Origin: a virus
Taxonomy: Duplodnaviria > Caudoviricetes
DNA length: 50,100 nucleotides
IMG/VR virus record: IMGVR_UViG_3300025889_000174
Span: 1 to 50,100 of that record
Reading direction: 5' to 3' (one strand)
Part shown: positions 1-7,951 of the stretch, piece by piece
Numbering within the stretch: position 1 is the stretch's first letter
How the letters are laid out: each line of letters begins with the position of its first letter
The notes under the pieces: generated by a model
What the model was told of the DNA's origin: nothing
What the model saw: only the letters and a program-made list of their open reading frames with translations
Databases searched by the model: none
Translations under genes and position numbers: made by a program

Positions 1-73
1 CGACGACCTGCCAGCCGACGACCTGCCAGCCGACGACCTGCCAGCCGACGACCTGCCAGCCGACGACCTGCCA
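1..73. repeat. 15-bp tandem repeat CGACGACCTGCCAGC, at least 4.9 copies, cut by the window edge
   Basis: Four perfect copies at 1-60 plus 13 nt at 61-73; GC-rich against an AT-rich background. Confidence 0.95.
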
Positions 74-133
74 TGTTTCTCATCTTTTTTTCACTTTTTG
101 CTTGTCAAAAGCTTGTTTCTTTGCTCCGGCTCA

Positions 134-155
134 TATTTCGCTTGTAAGACGTTTT
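134..155. repeat. 22-bp direct repeat TATTTCGCTTGTAAGACGTTTT, copy 1
   Basis: Identical to 2219-2240; both copies are followed by TGGTATG and then ATCC(T)ATGCTT. Confidence 0.9.
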
Positions 156-704
156 TCCTTGTTTCTGGTATGCTTACCTTATCCATGCTTTAAAAACGCC
201 TTGTGAGGATTCTATACAATTTGGAAAGTTTATTGTGTTGTTTATTAAGGGTTTGCAAAAGCGTATAAAAACTCCAATCATAAGCCGTTGATTTTAAGCA
301 TGTTACGGATTATTTGGGCATTCGGCGACCACATCTTTTTTTCGCCATTGTATCTCCTTTATTTTCAATGGCTTGTGTTAATTTGTGTTTTTTTAGTGAT
401 TTGACGAAACGAAACGCAACATTTTTTTTCATTTGTATCTCTTTGATTATTAAGGATTTGGAGATTTGGCAAAAAGTTTTTCTTGCTAATGATGGCAATT
501 TAAACCATTGTTTTCATGTCAACGGTGGTTGACACTTGGTTCTGCCAAGTTTGTTCTTTTTTTCTTTTTGCTGAAACATGCAATATGTTTCTAATGTCGC
601 GGACGGTCGGACGTAAAATGAGTACTGTCAACAGTTTACAATGGTACGGGCGGGAAGTTGCATTTCCAGACGCCGATAAGTCAAGGTTTTGTATGTGATT
701 TACT

Positions 705-735
705 TTCAACATTTTATATGGTATAGAATGTTGAA
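705..735. promoter_or_regulatory. Operator-like inverted repeat overlapping a possible sigma70 promoter
   Basis: TTCAACATTTTATA-TGG-TATAGAATGTTGAA (14-bp arms, 1 mismatch); TTTACT-17-TATAGA with TG extension upstream of the ATG at 763. Confidence 0.5.
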
Positions 736-762
736 TTATAAACCATAAACAAAGGAAAAATC

Positions 763-993
763 ATGACAAACGTATTCAAAGATCTTAAAGAAAACGGTAC
801 AAACCCTTTCAATTCAGAAGTTTGCATCGCAAAACAAAGGGGAATTGAGATAAGGGTTGAAATTGTAATCGAGTCCGCCGAAAAGGTTTACAATTTGTAT
901 CACGTTTTCAAAAAGGGTGAGAATTTGGTATCCACACAAAGCATTGAGGAAGCATGTTTCATTGCGAACAAACATTTTCCAGAGGATAGGTAA
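763..993 (+). CDS. Hypothetical protein (76 aa)
   Basis: ATG preceded by AAAGGAAAAA; plausible composition; first gene of a + strand small-ORF cluster. Confidence 0.7.
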   Translation: MTNVFKDLKENGTNPFNSEVCIAKQRGIEIRVEIVIESAEKVYNLYHVFKKGENLVSTQSIEEACFIANKHFPEDR

Positions 994-1109
994 ACTATTG
1001 GTTTTCAACGGTTTCCAAAGTAAAAAACCGTTTCTTCTCCTCTTCTTTTATTTTGTAAGTGTTTTCCTTTCAATGGCTTAGAATGAACTAGGCTATTGAA
1101 TACGAAACC

Positions 1110-1409
1110 ATGAATAAAAAAAGCAAAAGTAAAGCGGTGGACGGTGCGTTGCACGTCATATTAAGTTCGAGTGATTTACAGAAGATCAAACGCTTGAAAG
1201 CGTTGAAAACACAATTGAGGGCATTGACTGAAACTGTCAAAAGAGAACAAGACTCTCTGATTGACGGTTTGCCAGTCAATGATGACGAGAACATTCTCGT
1301 TGATGGCAATGGTAAGCAAGTAGCTACTTACAAACTTTCCTATCGTGATGGTTTTTATGTCAAACCGTCTTCTAGTATGCGTCTTACATTGCAAAGAACA
1401 AATTCTTGA
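1110..1409 (+). CDS. Hypothetical protein (99 aa) with N-terminal coiled coil
   Basis: Intact ORF with phage-like composition. Confidence 0.7.
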   Translation: MNKKSKSKAVDGALHVILSSSDLQKIKRLKALKTQLRALTETVKREQDSLIDGLPVNDDENILVDGNGKQVATYKLSYRDGFYVKPSSSMRLTLQRTNS

Positions 1410-1501
1410 TTGTCAGTAATTTATTCAGTTTTTTATTCTCTTTTTGACCACAAAAGAGAAACGTATAAACCATTACAATTTAACCAATTAGAAAAATTAC
1501 C

Positions 1502-1678
1502 ATGAAAAAACAATACATTGCCCCATTTACTTTGAACCAATCACAACAACAAAGACAAGCCAAGCGCATTCGGTACGCTCAGGCTATGTTATTCCTTCGC
1601 GGGATTCATCATGAAATCCGAAACAAAAAAGCCGAACTCATTAGGAATGAAGAACTTATAAATTCCATCGCTCAGTAA
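1502..1678 (+). CDS. Small basic hypothetical protein (58 aa), absent from the ORF track
   Basis: Manual translation MKKQYIAPFTLNQ...LINSIAQ*; A-rich leader; abuts the next ORF. Confidence 0.6.
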   Translation: MKKQYIAPFTLNQSQQQRQAKRIRYAQAMLFLRGIHHEIRNKKAELIRNEELINSIAQ

Positions 1679-1679
1679 A

Positions 1680-1739
1680 ATGGATACTATAATTTCGTTT
1701 TTAATAATTCTTATAATCTTGATACTCTTAATCTTATGA
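1680..1739 (+). CDS. Hydrophobic micropeptide (19 aa) MDTIISFLIILIILILLIL
   Basis: Starts 1 nt after the upstream stop and ends in an ATGA overlap with the 1736 ORF. Confidence 0.5.
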   Translation: MDTIISFLIILIILILLIL

Positions 1740-2065
1740 ACCTAGAGAAACTTATAAAACTTGCTGGTTTAATGGAAATGCCAGCCTATAAAGCTCATGA
1801 CTACGCTATTCCAATGAGCGAGGATAAAACTTACCCTTTCAAGGGACATGCAATCTCAGTCTATTGGAAAAATGACAAACACCCCAAGGGATTAGGCTTC
1901 GAAATTGTTTCGCACTCTCAACTGGCAAAATGGGCAAAGGTTAACATGAGAGAAAAATGGGCTTGTGAAGGATATCACATGGATAGAAAAGGGTTTTTCT
2001 CATTCACTTCTGATTATTTGGAACTGGACATTATCATCAATTCGCTGGAAGGGATTCAACCATGA
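1736..2065 (+). CDS. Hypothetical protein (109 aa)
   Basis: Intact ORF with ATGA overlaps at both ends. Confidence 0.75.
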   Translation: MNLEKLIKLAGLMEMPAYKAHDYAIPMSEDKTYPFKGHAISVYWKNDKHPKGLGFEIVSHSQLAKWAKVNMREKWACEGYHMDRKGFFSFTSDYLELDIIINSLEGIQP

Positions 2066-2148
2066 TTAACTTGAAAGATCTTTTTGCACAAATTGGCTTT
2101 TTGGCCTTGGCAATCATTCTCCTTTTTGGATTGCTACTGATAGCATGA
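2062..2148 (+). CDS. Single-TM micropeptide (28 aa) MINLKDLFAQIGFLALAIILLFGLLLIA
   Basis: ATGA overlap with the upstream gene; last ORF before the terminator. Confidence 0.55.
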   Translation: MINLKDLFAQIGFLALAIILLFGLLLIA

Positions 2149-2166
2149 GCTGGCAATCTACTTTTC

Positions 2167-2197
2167 AACCGTCGGGAACGTTCCCGACGGTTTTTTT
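2167..2197 (+). terminator. Rho-independent terminator
   Basis: Perfect 26-bp palindrome AACCGTCGGGAACGTTCCCGACGGTT running into a T7 tract. Confidence 0.85.
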
Positions 2198-2218
2198 GTG
2201 TCTTGATTTGCTGGCTTG

Positions 2219-2240
2219 TATTTCGCTTGTAAGACGTTTT
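2219..2240. repeat. 22-bp direct repeat, copy 2
   Basis: Identical to 134-155. Confidence 0.9.
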
Positions 2241-2554
2241 CACTTTCCTTTGGTATGATGTGACCAGACAAAGCACATCCTATGCTTAGAAGTGAAATGA
2301 CAGGTATTCAAGAACCATGCCAAATGCAATGGCATTTTTCATGCCAATGTGAACGAAGTGAAGTTTATTTTGTAAGATGTTGCAAATGAGCAGCTTATGC
2401 AAGTATATTATAGGCGGGACATTGTGTATTATTGTGTAAGTTGTTGAATTGCAAGGGGTTACATCCCCATTTAATGGATTCTCAAGCCGGACTCGGCGCG
2501 GGGCTGGGATACGGGGCCTTGTTCGTTCAGTCTAAAGAATTTTTGAAAAAGGTC

Positions 2555-2639
2555 TTTATAATGATTGACTTGTTCGGTTAATAATAATAATAGAATCATG
2601 AAAAGCATAATTTAAAAAAACAGTTTATAATGATTGACT
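2555..2639. repeat. 16-bp direct repeat TTTATAATGATTGACT, two copies
   Basis: 2555-2570 and 2624-2639, within A-rich non-coding DNA. Confidence 0.85.
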
Positions 2640-2815
2640 AATTGAATTTAATAAGAATTAAAAAAAAACGAGAAGAGTATATTAAACAACAATAACAAAA
2701 AGAAAAAAAGTAAAAATTCAGGAGGCGAAAGCCCCCATTCTTTAATTAGCGATTCGCAAAAAATACGCGGACCCCATTTCCAAAAAAGCATTTATAAAAT
2801 TCTACTCCCGTGCCA

Positions 2816-2830
2816 GTGTAAAACAATAAT
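2816..2830 (+). promoter_or_regulatory. Putative phage late-promoter motif GTGTAAAA-(A/T rich)
   Basis: Same motif occurs upstream of the genes at 10843, 14547, 47981 and 36446(-). Confidence 0.5.
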
Positions 2831-2850
2831 AAAACAATATTGTTATTATT

Positions 2851-3465
2851 ATGGCCGCCCAAACTGAATCTTTCTACTTTAACTCATGGATGTCCGGTTT
2901 CTTTATGGGACAGACGATATATACCCCCTCCGAAGGAGGTAGAGAAATGAGTATTTATTTTTCGGACTGCGATGAGCAGTCCTCAATGAGAAAAAAAATT
3001 AATAAAATTGCAGAATCTTTAGATTCGAAGGTCAACTACCACAAAGGAACAAATAGACTAATAATTAAGATCTCGGGCAAAGCCCTTGATGACAACATGG
3101 AAAAATGGTCGCCAAAGAATATATCTTCTATTAATTTCTACTCCGGTCTCTTTGAGGCCAATTTTGGCATTGTCATTCTTCCTCTAAAGCAAAAACATAA
3201 AGAAACTGCGTTTCGACAATACATTAAGCTCTCCAGTTCGGCCCTCATTACAAGAAAATTAGAACTTTGTAATATTCAATATAATAAGCGGCGCGAATCT
3301 CCATCTGTCCAAATAACCAAACTTTTACAAATTAGAAGATTCATTAAGGAATTTCCAGCGCGCTTTTTCTACCTCTACCAAGACGAAATGTTAACAATGC
3401 GCCGATTCGTTCTGGCGGAACCAGAAGATCGGGCGCAAATTTGTAATAGATTTAATAATTTATAA
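2851..3465 (+). CDS. Degenerate double-motif LAGLIDADG endonuclease-like protein
   Basis: Two helix motifs, SWMSGFFMGQ and NFYSGLFEANFG, about 85 aa apart. Confidence 0.5.
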   Translation: MAAQTESFYFNSWMSGFFMGQTIYTPSEGGREMSIYFSDCDEQSSMRKKINKIAESLDSKVNYHKGTNRLIIKISGKALDDNMEKWSPKNISSINFYSGLFEANFGIVILPLKQKHKETAFRQYIKLSSSALITRKLELCNIQYNKRRESPSVQITKLLQIRRFIKEFPARFFYLYQDEMLTMRRFVLAEPEDRAQICNRFNNL

Positions 3466-3476
3466 AATTTTAATTC

Positions 3477-3959
3477 TTAAAAAATAATATCATTGCCGTC
3501 AATGTCCTTTAGTTTAATGCCCCCCTTGGGGGCTAAAGAAGGTACCGCCTTCTCAACTTTTTTATTGTTTGCCAAATTTACCATCTCCTCAGTTATCGAA
3601 GATAGCGCATCTTTGCATATTTTGATAGCGAGGCCTACGGCCTCTTCCCTCTCTTCATCGGTTTGACTGTCGCCAAACGTAACCTTATGAGCATCGACAA
3701 CCTGATCATTATATTCCTGACTACTCATAAATTCGTTCATATCCTTGTTATATTTTTTAATTGCACTGATAAATTTCGCCTTTTTTGACAAAATAAAATC
3801 AGCAATGAGAATATCAATAATATCAGCTTTTGCGCCCGAAAACATCTGTTTCCCACAATAAGGATATCTATCCTCAATTTGGTCTTCAAGTTGCGACAAG
3901 GCGTCAGTAACGTCATTAATGTTCCGTTTTTTTTCTGTTTTTTCTTTCTTTTCGATCAT
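3477..3959 (-). CDS. Hypothetical protein (160 aa)
   Basis: Intact ORF with its own sigma70-like promoter. Confidence 0.8.
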   Translation of the reverse strand: MIEKKEKTEKKRNINDVTDALSQLEDQIEDRYPYCGKQMFSGAKADIIDILIADFILSKKAKFISAIKKYNKDMNEFMSSQEYNDQVVDAHKVTFGDSQTDEEREEAVGLAIKICKDALSSITEEMVNLANNKKVEKAVPSLAPKGGIKLKDIDGNDIIF

Positions 3960-3968
3960 ATGGTTGTT

Positions 3969-3997
3969 AACTTAACATAACATTTTGATATTGTCAA
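3969..3997 (-). promoter_or_regulatory. Sigma70-like promoter
   Basis: TTGACA-17-TAAGTT with TG extension, just upstream of the ATG at 3959. Confidence 0.6.
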
Positions 3998-4074
3998 CAC
4001 CTTTTTTTCTTTTTTTCTTTTTTTCTCTTCAATTCTTTAGATTTTGCGCCGCCCCACCTATATTAATAGTAATT

Positions 4075-4911
4075 ATGACAGTTTTACTCATTGGAGATGA
4101 ATGTATCGATAAATTTGTCTACGGCAATGTAGACAGGATAAATCCAGAGTCGCCGACTCCCATTTTTGACGAAACAAACGAAATCATTGTCAATAAGGGA
4201 ATGGCCGGAAATGTCTTAGGAAACATAAACTCATTATCAGAAAACAAAATACAGGTCATTAGTATGGTTAATGATAATAGAGTTTGCAAAACTCGCTATG
4301 TCGATAAAAGGAGCGGCCAGATTCTCCTTCGAGTTGATTCGAAGCCTCGTGGGAGCGATAGCGACCACTTTAATTTTGATAAATTTTGCAGCATTGTAGA
4401 AAGTGAAAATAATCAAATCTCAGCTATTGTCGTTGCCGATTACAACAAAGGTTTCTTGAGTTGTGAAAATATTGAACAGATCATTTCTATTGCCAAAAAA
4501 CACAACATACCGACTTTCTTTGATACGAAGAAGACTATTGACAAAACTTTTTATGGCGCGGATTTTATTAAAATTAACCAAAAGGAACATCTAGAAAGTT
4601 CCAAGGCTTTAAATATGAAAAATGGCTACCCTCTTTATGGTGAAAATTACATCATAACATTGGGCAAAGATGGTTGTATATGGTATAACCATACAGATGG
4701 AACTGTGGAAAATATCGCTGGTCACAATGTCGAGGTCTCTTGTGTAAGCGGGGCTGGTGATACAGTAATGGCGGCCCTCGTTGTCAAATACTTAGAAACA
4801 AAAAAAATCAAGGAGAGTCTCAATTTTGCAATGTTGGCCGCCGCCGAAGCTGTAAAGCACCGAAACGTCGTAGCAGTGGCCCGTAAAACTATCGAAGAAA
4901 ATAAACTGTAA
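4075..4911 (+). CDS. PfkB-family sugar kinase resembling HldA/RfaE (heptose-7-phosphate kinase)
   Basis: LLIGDECID...V.RINPE.P.P, GMAGNV, KTRY, DYNKG, ITLGKDG and VSGAGDT motifs; ATG 4075 preferred over the 3985 start. Confidence 0.85.
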   Translation: MTVLLIGDECIDKFVYGNVDRINPESPTPIFDETNEIIVNKGMAGNVLGNINSLSENKIQVISMVNDNRVCKTRYVDKRSGQILLRVDSKPRGSDSDHFNFDKFCSIVESENNQISAIVVADYNKGFLSCENIEQIISIAKKHNIPTFFDTKKTIDKTFYGADFIKINQKEHLESSKALNMKNGYPLYGENYIITLGKDGCIWYNHTDGTVENIAGHNVEVSCVSGAGDTVMAALVVKYLETKKIKESLNFAMLAAAEAVKHRNVVAVARKTIEENKL

Positions 4912-4917
4912 AACATT

Positions 4918-5622
4918 ATGATGTCAAAACAAGAAAGGTTGGTAAGCGTGGGCAGTGCTTACCCTGAGATCACACTAACTGCATTTCCTTGGACAGAACG
5001 GCAGCAGTCTTTTATAGACCTGTCATTAGATCCAAAAACAAAAGTTATATTTTGTTCAGCTCCGGCTGGGACGGGAAAAACCCTCCTCTCACTATATTGT
5101 AGTTTGAGGCTTGCCTTGGAGGATAAAAGTAAAAAAATACTATATGTAAGAAATCCTGTTGAGTCCTGCTCTGGTAAGGGTATCGGCTTCATCAAGGGGA
5201 AGACTGATGAGAAGATGCAACCCTATATCATGCCTCTCTATGACAATCTCTATAAATTAGCCGATAAGCATAGTGTTAATATGATCGAAAAAAGGGGGAT
5301 GCTCAGTTCTGAAGTTCTCGGCTTCACAAAGGGAAGGACTTACGACGACACTTATATGATAGTCGATGAAGCTGAAGACTTCACCCTCCAAGACTTGCGC
5401 CTTATTATTTCAAGAATGGGAAAGAGGGCCAAACTTTTTATTATTGGGGATGTCAAGCAATCGAATGTTCGAAATTCAAATTTCGGCCTCACTTATGATT
5501 TATTCAACACTCCCGAAGATCGGGGTAAAGGAATTCATTGCTTCAAATTCACCGCGAAAGACATTATGCGTAATGATATTATACAACATATGATTACAAA
5601 AATTGACAGTATTGTAGTTTAA
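4918..5622 (+). CDS. phoH: PhoH-family ATPase
   Basis: APAGTGKT Walker A, IGFIKG..EKM.PY, KGRT, IVDEAE, IIGD..QS. Confidence 0.93.
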   Translation: MMSKQERLVSVGSAYPEITLTAFPWTERQQSFIDLSLDPKTKVIFCSAPAGTGKTLLSLYCSLRLALEDKSKKILYVRNPVESCSGKGIGFIKGKTDEKMQPYIMPLYDNLYKLADKHSVNMIEKRGMLSSEVLGFTKGRTYDDTYMIVDEAEDFTLQDLRLIISRMGKRAKLFIIGDVKQSNVRNSNFGLTYDLFNTPEDRGKGIHCFKFTAKDIMRNDIIQHMITKIDSIVV

Positions 5623-5660
5623 TTTTTTTTAAAAATAATTGATGGCGTTGTAATTATAGG

Positions 5661-5696
5661 CCCTAGTTAGGTGTAAAACCTAATTAGGGTTTTTTC
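5661..5696 (+). terminator. Rho-independent terminator after phoH
   Basis: CCCTAGTTAGGT-GTAAA-ACCTAATTAGGG stem followed by a T tract. Confidence 0.75.
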
Positions 5697-5744
5697 GCTT
5701 ATACACCCTACATTAATATAAAGAAAGAAAAAGAAAGAATTATT

Positions 5745-6185
5745 ATGCCAGCAACATATTGTTACAACTGTAGTGAAAAAATCGTTTATGATCTTTTTAA
5801 ACCAAAGGTTTGCCCGCACTGCAATCAGTCCCCAGCAGCTACTATAAGTTTAAGTAAAAAGGAATCTAAAAGACCGACGTATGATGCAAAAAATCTATAT
5901 AATGATGATGCCGAAGAGGAGCAGTATCAAAACGTCCCTCATTTATCAAGGTTACAAGCCCGAATATTCATCGACAATAATAGTAACAAAGAAACTCTCG
6001 GTGGAATTGTAAATAAAGAAATTGACAAAATCGGCTCCCAAGCAAACTCCCCAAAAGGCCGTGGACGCCCAAAAAAACTAAAGCCAACAAAAGAAATTAC
6101 TCGCACTCATTCTGACCACGGCAAATCATTCGACGACTTTATGAATGACGGACGCTCTGAGGCTAAAGGTATTAATATTGATTAA
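5745..6185 (+). CDS. Zinc-ribbon protein
   Basis: N-terminal CYNC-x12-CPHC; GRGRPKK AT-hook-like segment. Confidence 0.75.
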   Translation: MPATYCYNCSEKIVYDLFKPKVCPHCNQSPAATISLSKKESKRPTYDAKNLYNDDAEEEQYQNVPHLSRLQARIFIDNNSNKETLGGIVNKEIDKIGSQANSPKGRGRPKKLKPTKEITRTHSDHGKSFDDFMNDGRSEAKGINID

Positions 6186-6204
6186 TTAAAAAGGGAAAAA
6201 GATT

Positions 6205-6834
6205 ATGACATACGAGGAAGCATACCCAGTTATCCACCAAGAGGTGGAAAAAAGAAGGCGAAAATGGCAATTAAAAGCGGTCACTTGGATGGACTACGAC
6301 GATGTTTCCCAATTGATCAAACTTCACATCTACAAGAAGTGGAGCTATTACGACCCCGAAAAGCCTTTGGCCCCTTGGGTCGCAAGAATTGTATGTAATC
6401 AACTTTCTAATTTGTTAAGAAATAATTATACCAATGTTATCTCCCCTTGTAACAAATGCGTTTGTGCCTTAGCCGATGGAACTTGCGAAATTTATGGAGT
6501 AAGAGATAATAGCTGCCCCCTCTATCGAAATTGGTTCTATAATAAGAAGTCTGCATATGATATAAAAATGCCCCTTCCATTATGTCATCACAGCTCAGAA
6601 ATTGACCTTCACCTTGATGAAAAATACAACATACAATACGAAATCGAGGAAATTAATAGAATCATGAAGGAGCATCTCAACGACAGAGAATGGAATATTT
6701 ATAAACTTCTCTACATTGACAATATAGAAGAATCTGAAGTAATTAAATCTCTCCCTCAAAAATACAGACAAATTCAAGGTTATAAAAATAAATTTTATCA
6801 ACTTGCAAAAGAACTCATTCATGAAAAACATTAA
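6205..6834 (+). CDS. Phage RNA polymerase sigma70-like factor with a Cys-rich insert
   Basis: Region-2-like DYDDVSQ...YDPEKPLAPWVARIV.NQL.NL.RN and region-4-like L.DREW.IY.L.Y. Confidence 0.75.
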   Translation: MTYEEAYPVIHQEVEKRRRKWQLKAVTWMDYDDVSQLIKLHIYKKWSYYDPEKPLAPWVARIVCNQLSNLLRNNYTNVISPCNKCVCALADGTCEIYGVRDNSCPLYRNWFYNKKSAYDIKMPLPLCHHSSEIDLHLDEKYNIQYEIEEINRIMKEHLNDREWNIYKLLYIDNIEESEVIKSLPQKYRQIQGYKNKFYQLAKELIHEKH

Positions 6835-7951
6835 TAGCGCCGCCCCAGATAAAGTTACAAAAGAACATATAGATCGGGCTGTTGAATATTACGAACTTCA
6901 TAAAGATGATAATCCGCCCCCAAAGGCAAAGGAAATTATACAATACGCTTCGGGTTCTGAAGTTGAAATTGATGCACGGTGCAAATTCGGCAAAGAACTT
7001 CTAGAACAAATCTCAACATTCGGCATTTTTCCTAATCGCTCCCACCAATATGCGCCAAAAAAGAAGGTTAAGCTGACAACCGAACAGGAAGAATTCATTC
7101 AAAACAATGCCTGTCGAATGAAATGGTATGATTGTGCGAAGCAATTATTTCCCAAAATCAAAGATTTAAATCCTGCCAGCTTTGAGTCTAGGGCGGTCAA
7201 ATCGTTTTATGATTCCCTTCCTGAGAATTTAAAAATTGATATAGCAGAAGAGTCTGATAAAAAATACTCCCCGCCCAAAACCTTAGAGAGGGCAATTGTT
7301 CGTGTCAATAAATACATCCTAGAAGGCATAAATAAGGAAAAAATAACAAATTCCCAGAAAGCGAACATGGGAGCATTGATTAAATATTTGAATGGTTATC
7401 GCTTTTTAAGTCAAATAAATTCTTATATAAAATCTGACGATAGAGATGCCTTTGAAGATTGTTTCATTAGATATACTTTCGATAAACCGGATTTAACTCA
7501 AGAAGAAATTGATCAATATATCATTCTCTCCTCTGAGGTGGTCATTGCTAGAAATACAAAGGATATTGTTGAGATGTTGCAACAACAACTAAGAGACGCT
7601 AATGACCCTTCCAACGACGATTCTGAAAGTGACAAGGCCATGACAATGAAATTGATTGAAGCAATTAAAAACTCTCAATCAGAATATAATCAATGTATTG
7701 GTCGCCAAAATGCCCTCATCAAAACATTAAAAGGGGATCGCGCCGCCAGAATTAAAAATAAACTAGAGACGAATAAATCTTTCGCCCATGTTATCGACGC
7801 TTGGAAGGTTGAAGAAACTAGAATTAAGATGTTAAAGTTTGCCGAAATGCGCCGCTCAAGAATGAAAGAATCTATTGATCATTATCAATCTATGGATGAT
7901 ATGACTGCGGAAATTTTCGGACTAACCGAAGAGGAGGTATTAGATGGATAA
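6821..7951 (+). CDS. Helical hypothetical protein of the packaging operon (terminase small subunit candidate)
   Basis: Long ORF overlapping both neighbours, coiled-coil C-terminal half; function inferred from position only; ATG 6821 preferred over TTG 6803. Confidence 0.6.
   Translation: MKNINSAAPDKVTKEHIDRAVEYYELHKDDNPPPKAKEIIQYASGSEVEIDARCKFGKELLEQISTFGIFPNRSHQYAPKKKVKLTTEQEEFIQNNACRMKWYDCAKQLFPKIKDLNPASFESRAVKSFYDSLPENLKIDIAEESDKKYSPPKTLERAIVRVNKYILEGINKEKITNSQKANMGALIKYLNGYRFLSQINSYIKSDDRDAFEDCFIRYTFDKPDLTQEEIDQYIILSSEVVIARNTKDIVEMLQQQLRDANDPSNDDSESDKAMTMKLIEAIKNSQSEYNQCIGRQNALIKTLKGDRAARIKNKLETNKSFAHVIDAWKVEETRIKMLKFAEMRRSRMKESIDHYQSMDDMTAEIFGLTEEEVLDG

Larger units (their letters stand above)
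231..2461. repeat. Dispersed 25-bp semi-palindromic motif TAW-N4-TTG-N5-YAA-N4-TTR, about 9 copies
   Basis: Best copies 281-305, 991-1015, 1056-1080, 2373-2397, 2437-2461; weaker copies 231-255, 351-375, 379-403, 436-460. Confidence 0.7.

Noticed and set aside
310-712. Four overlapping short ORFs (310-498, 314-532, 500-712, 516-698)
   Set aside because: Low-complexity translations of T-rich motif-bearing DNA on both strands; probably non-coding
1-2461. Left-end repeats as a CRISPR array
   Set aside because: The tandem units have no spacers, and the 25-bp motifs are degenerate and irregularly spaced
3985-4074. Hydrophobic N-terminal extension on the kinase
   Set aside because: Arises from a TTG start across poly-T intergenic DNA; family similarity begins at ATG 4075
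5671-5678. GTGTAAAA as another late promoter
   Set aside because: Lies in the loop and stem of the phoH terminator and lacks the A/T-rich tail; ambiguous, so not counted
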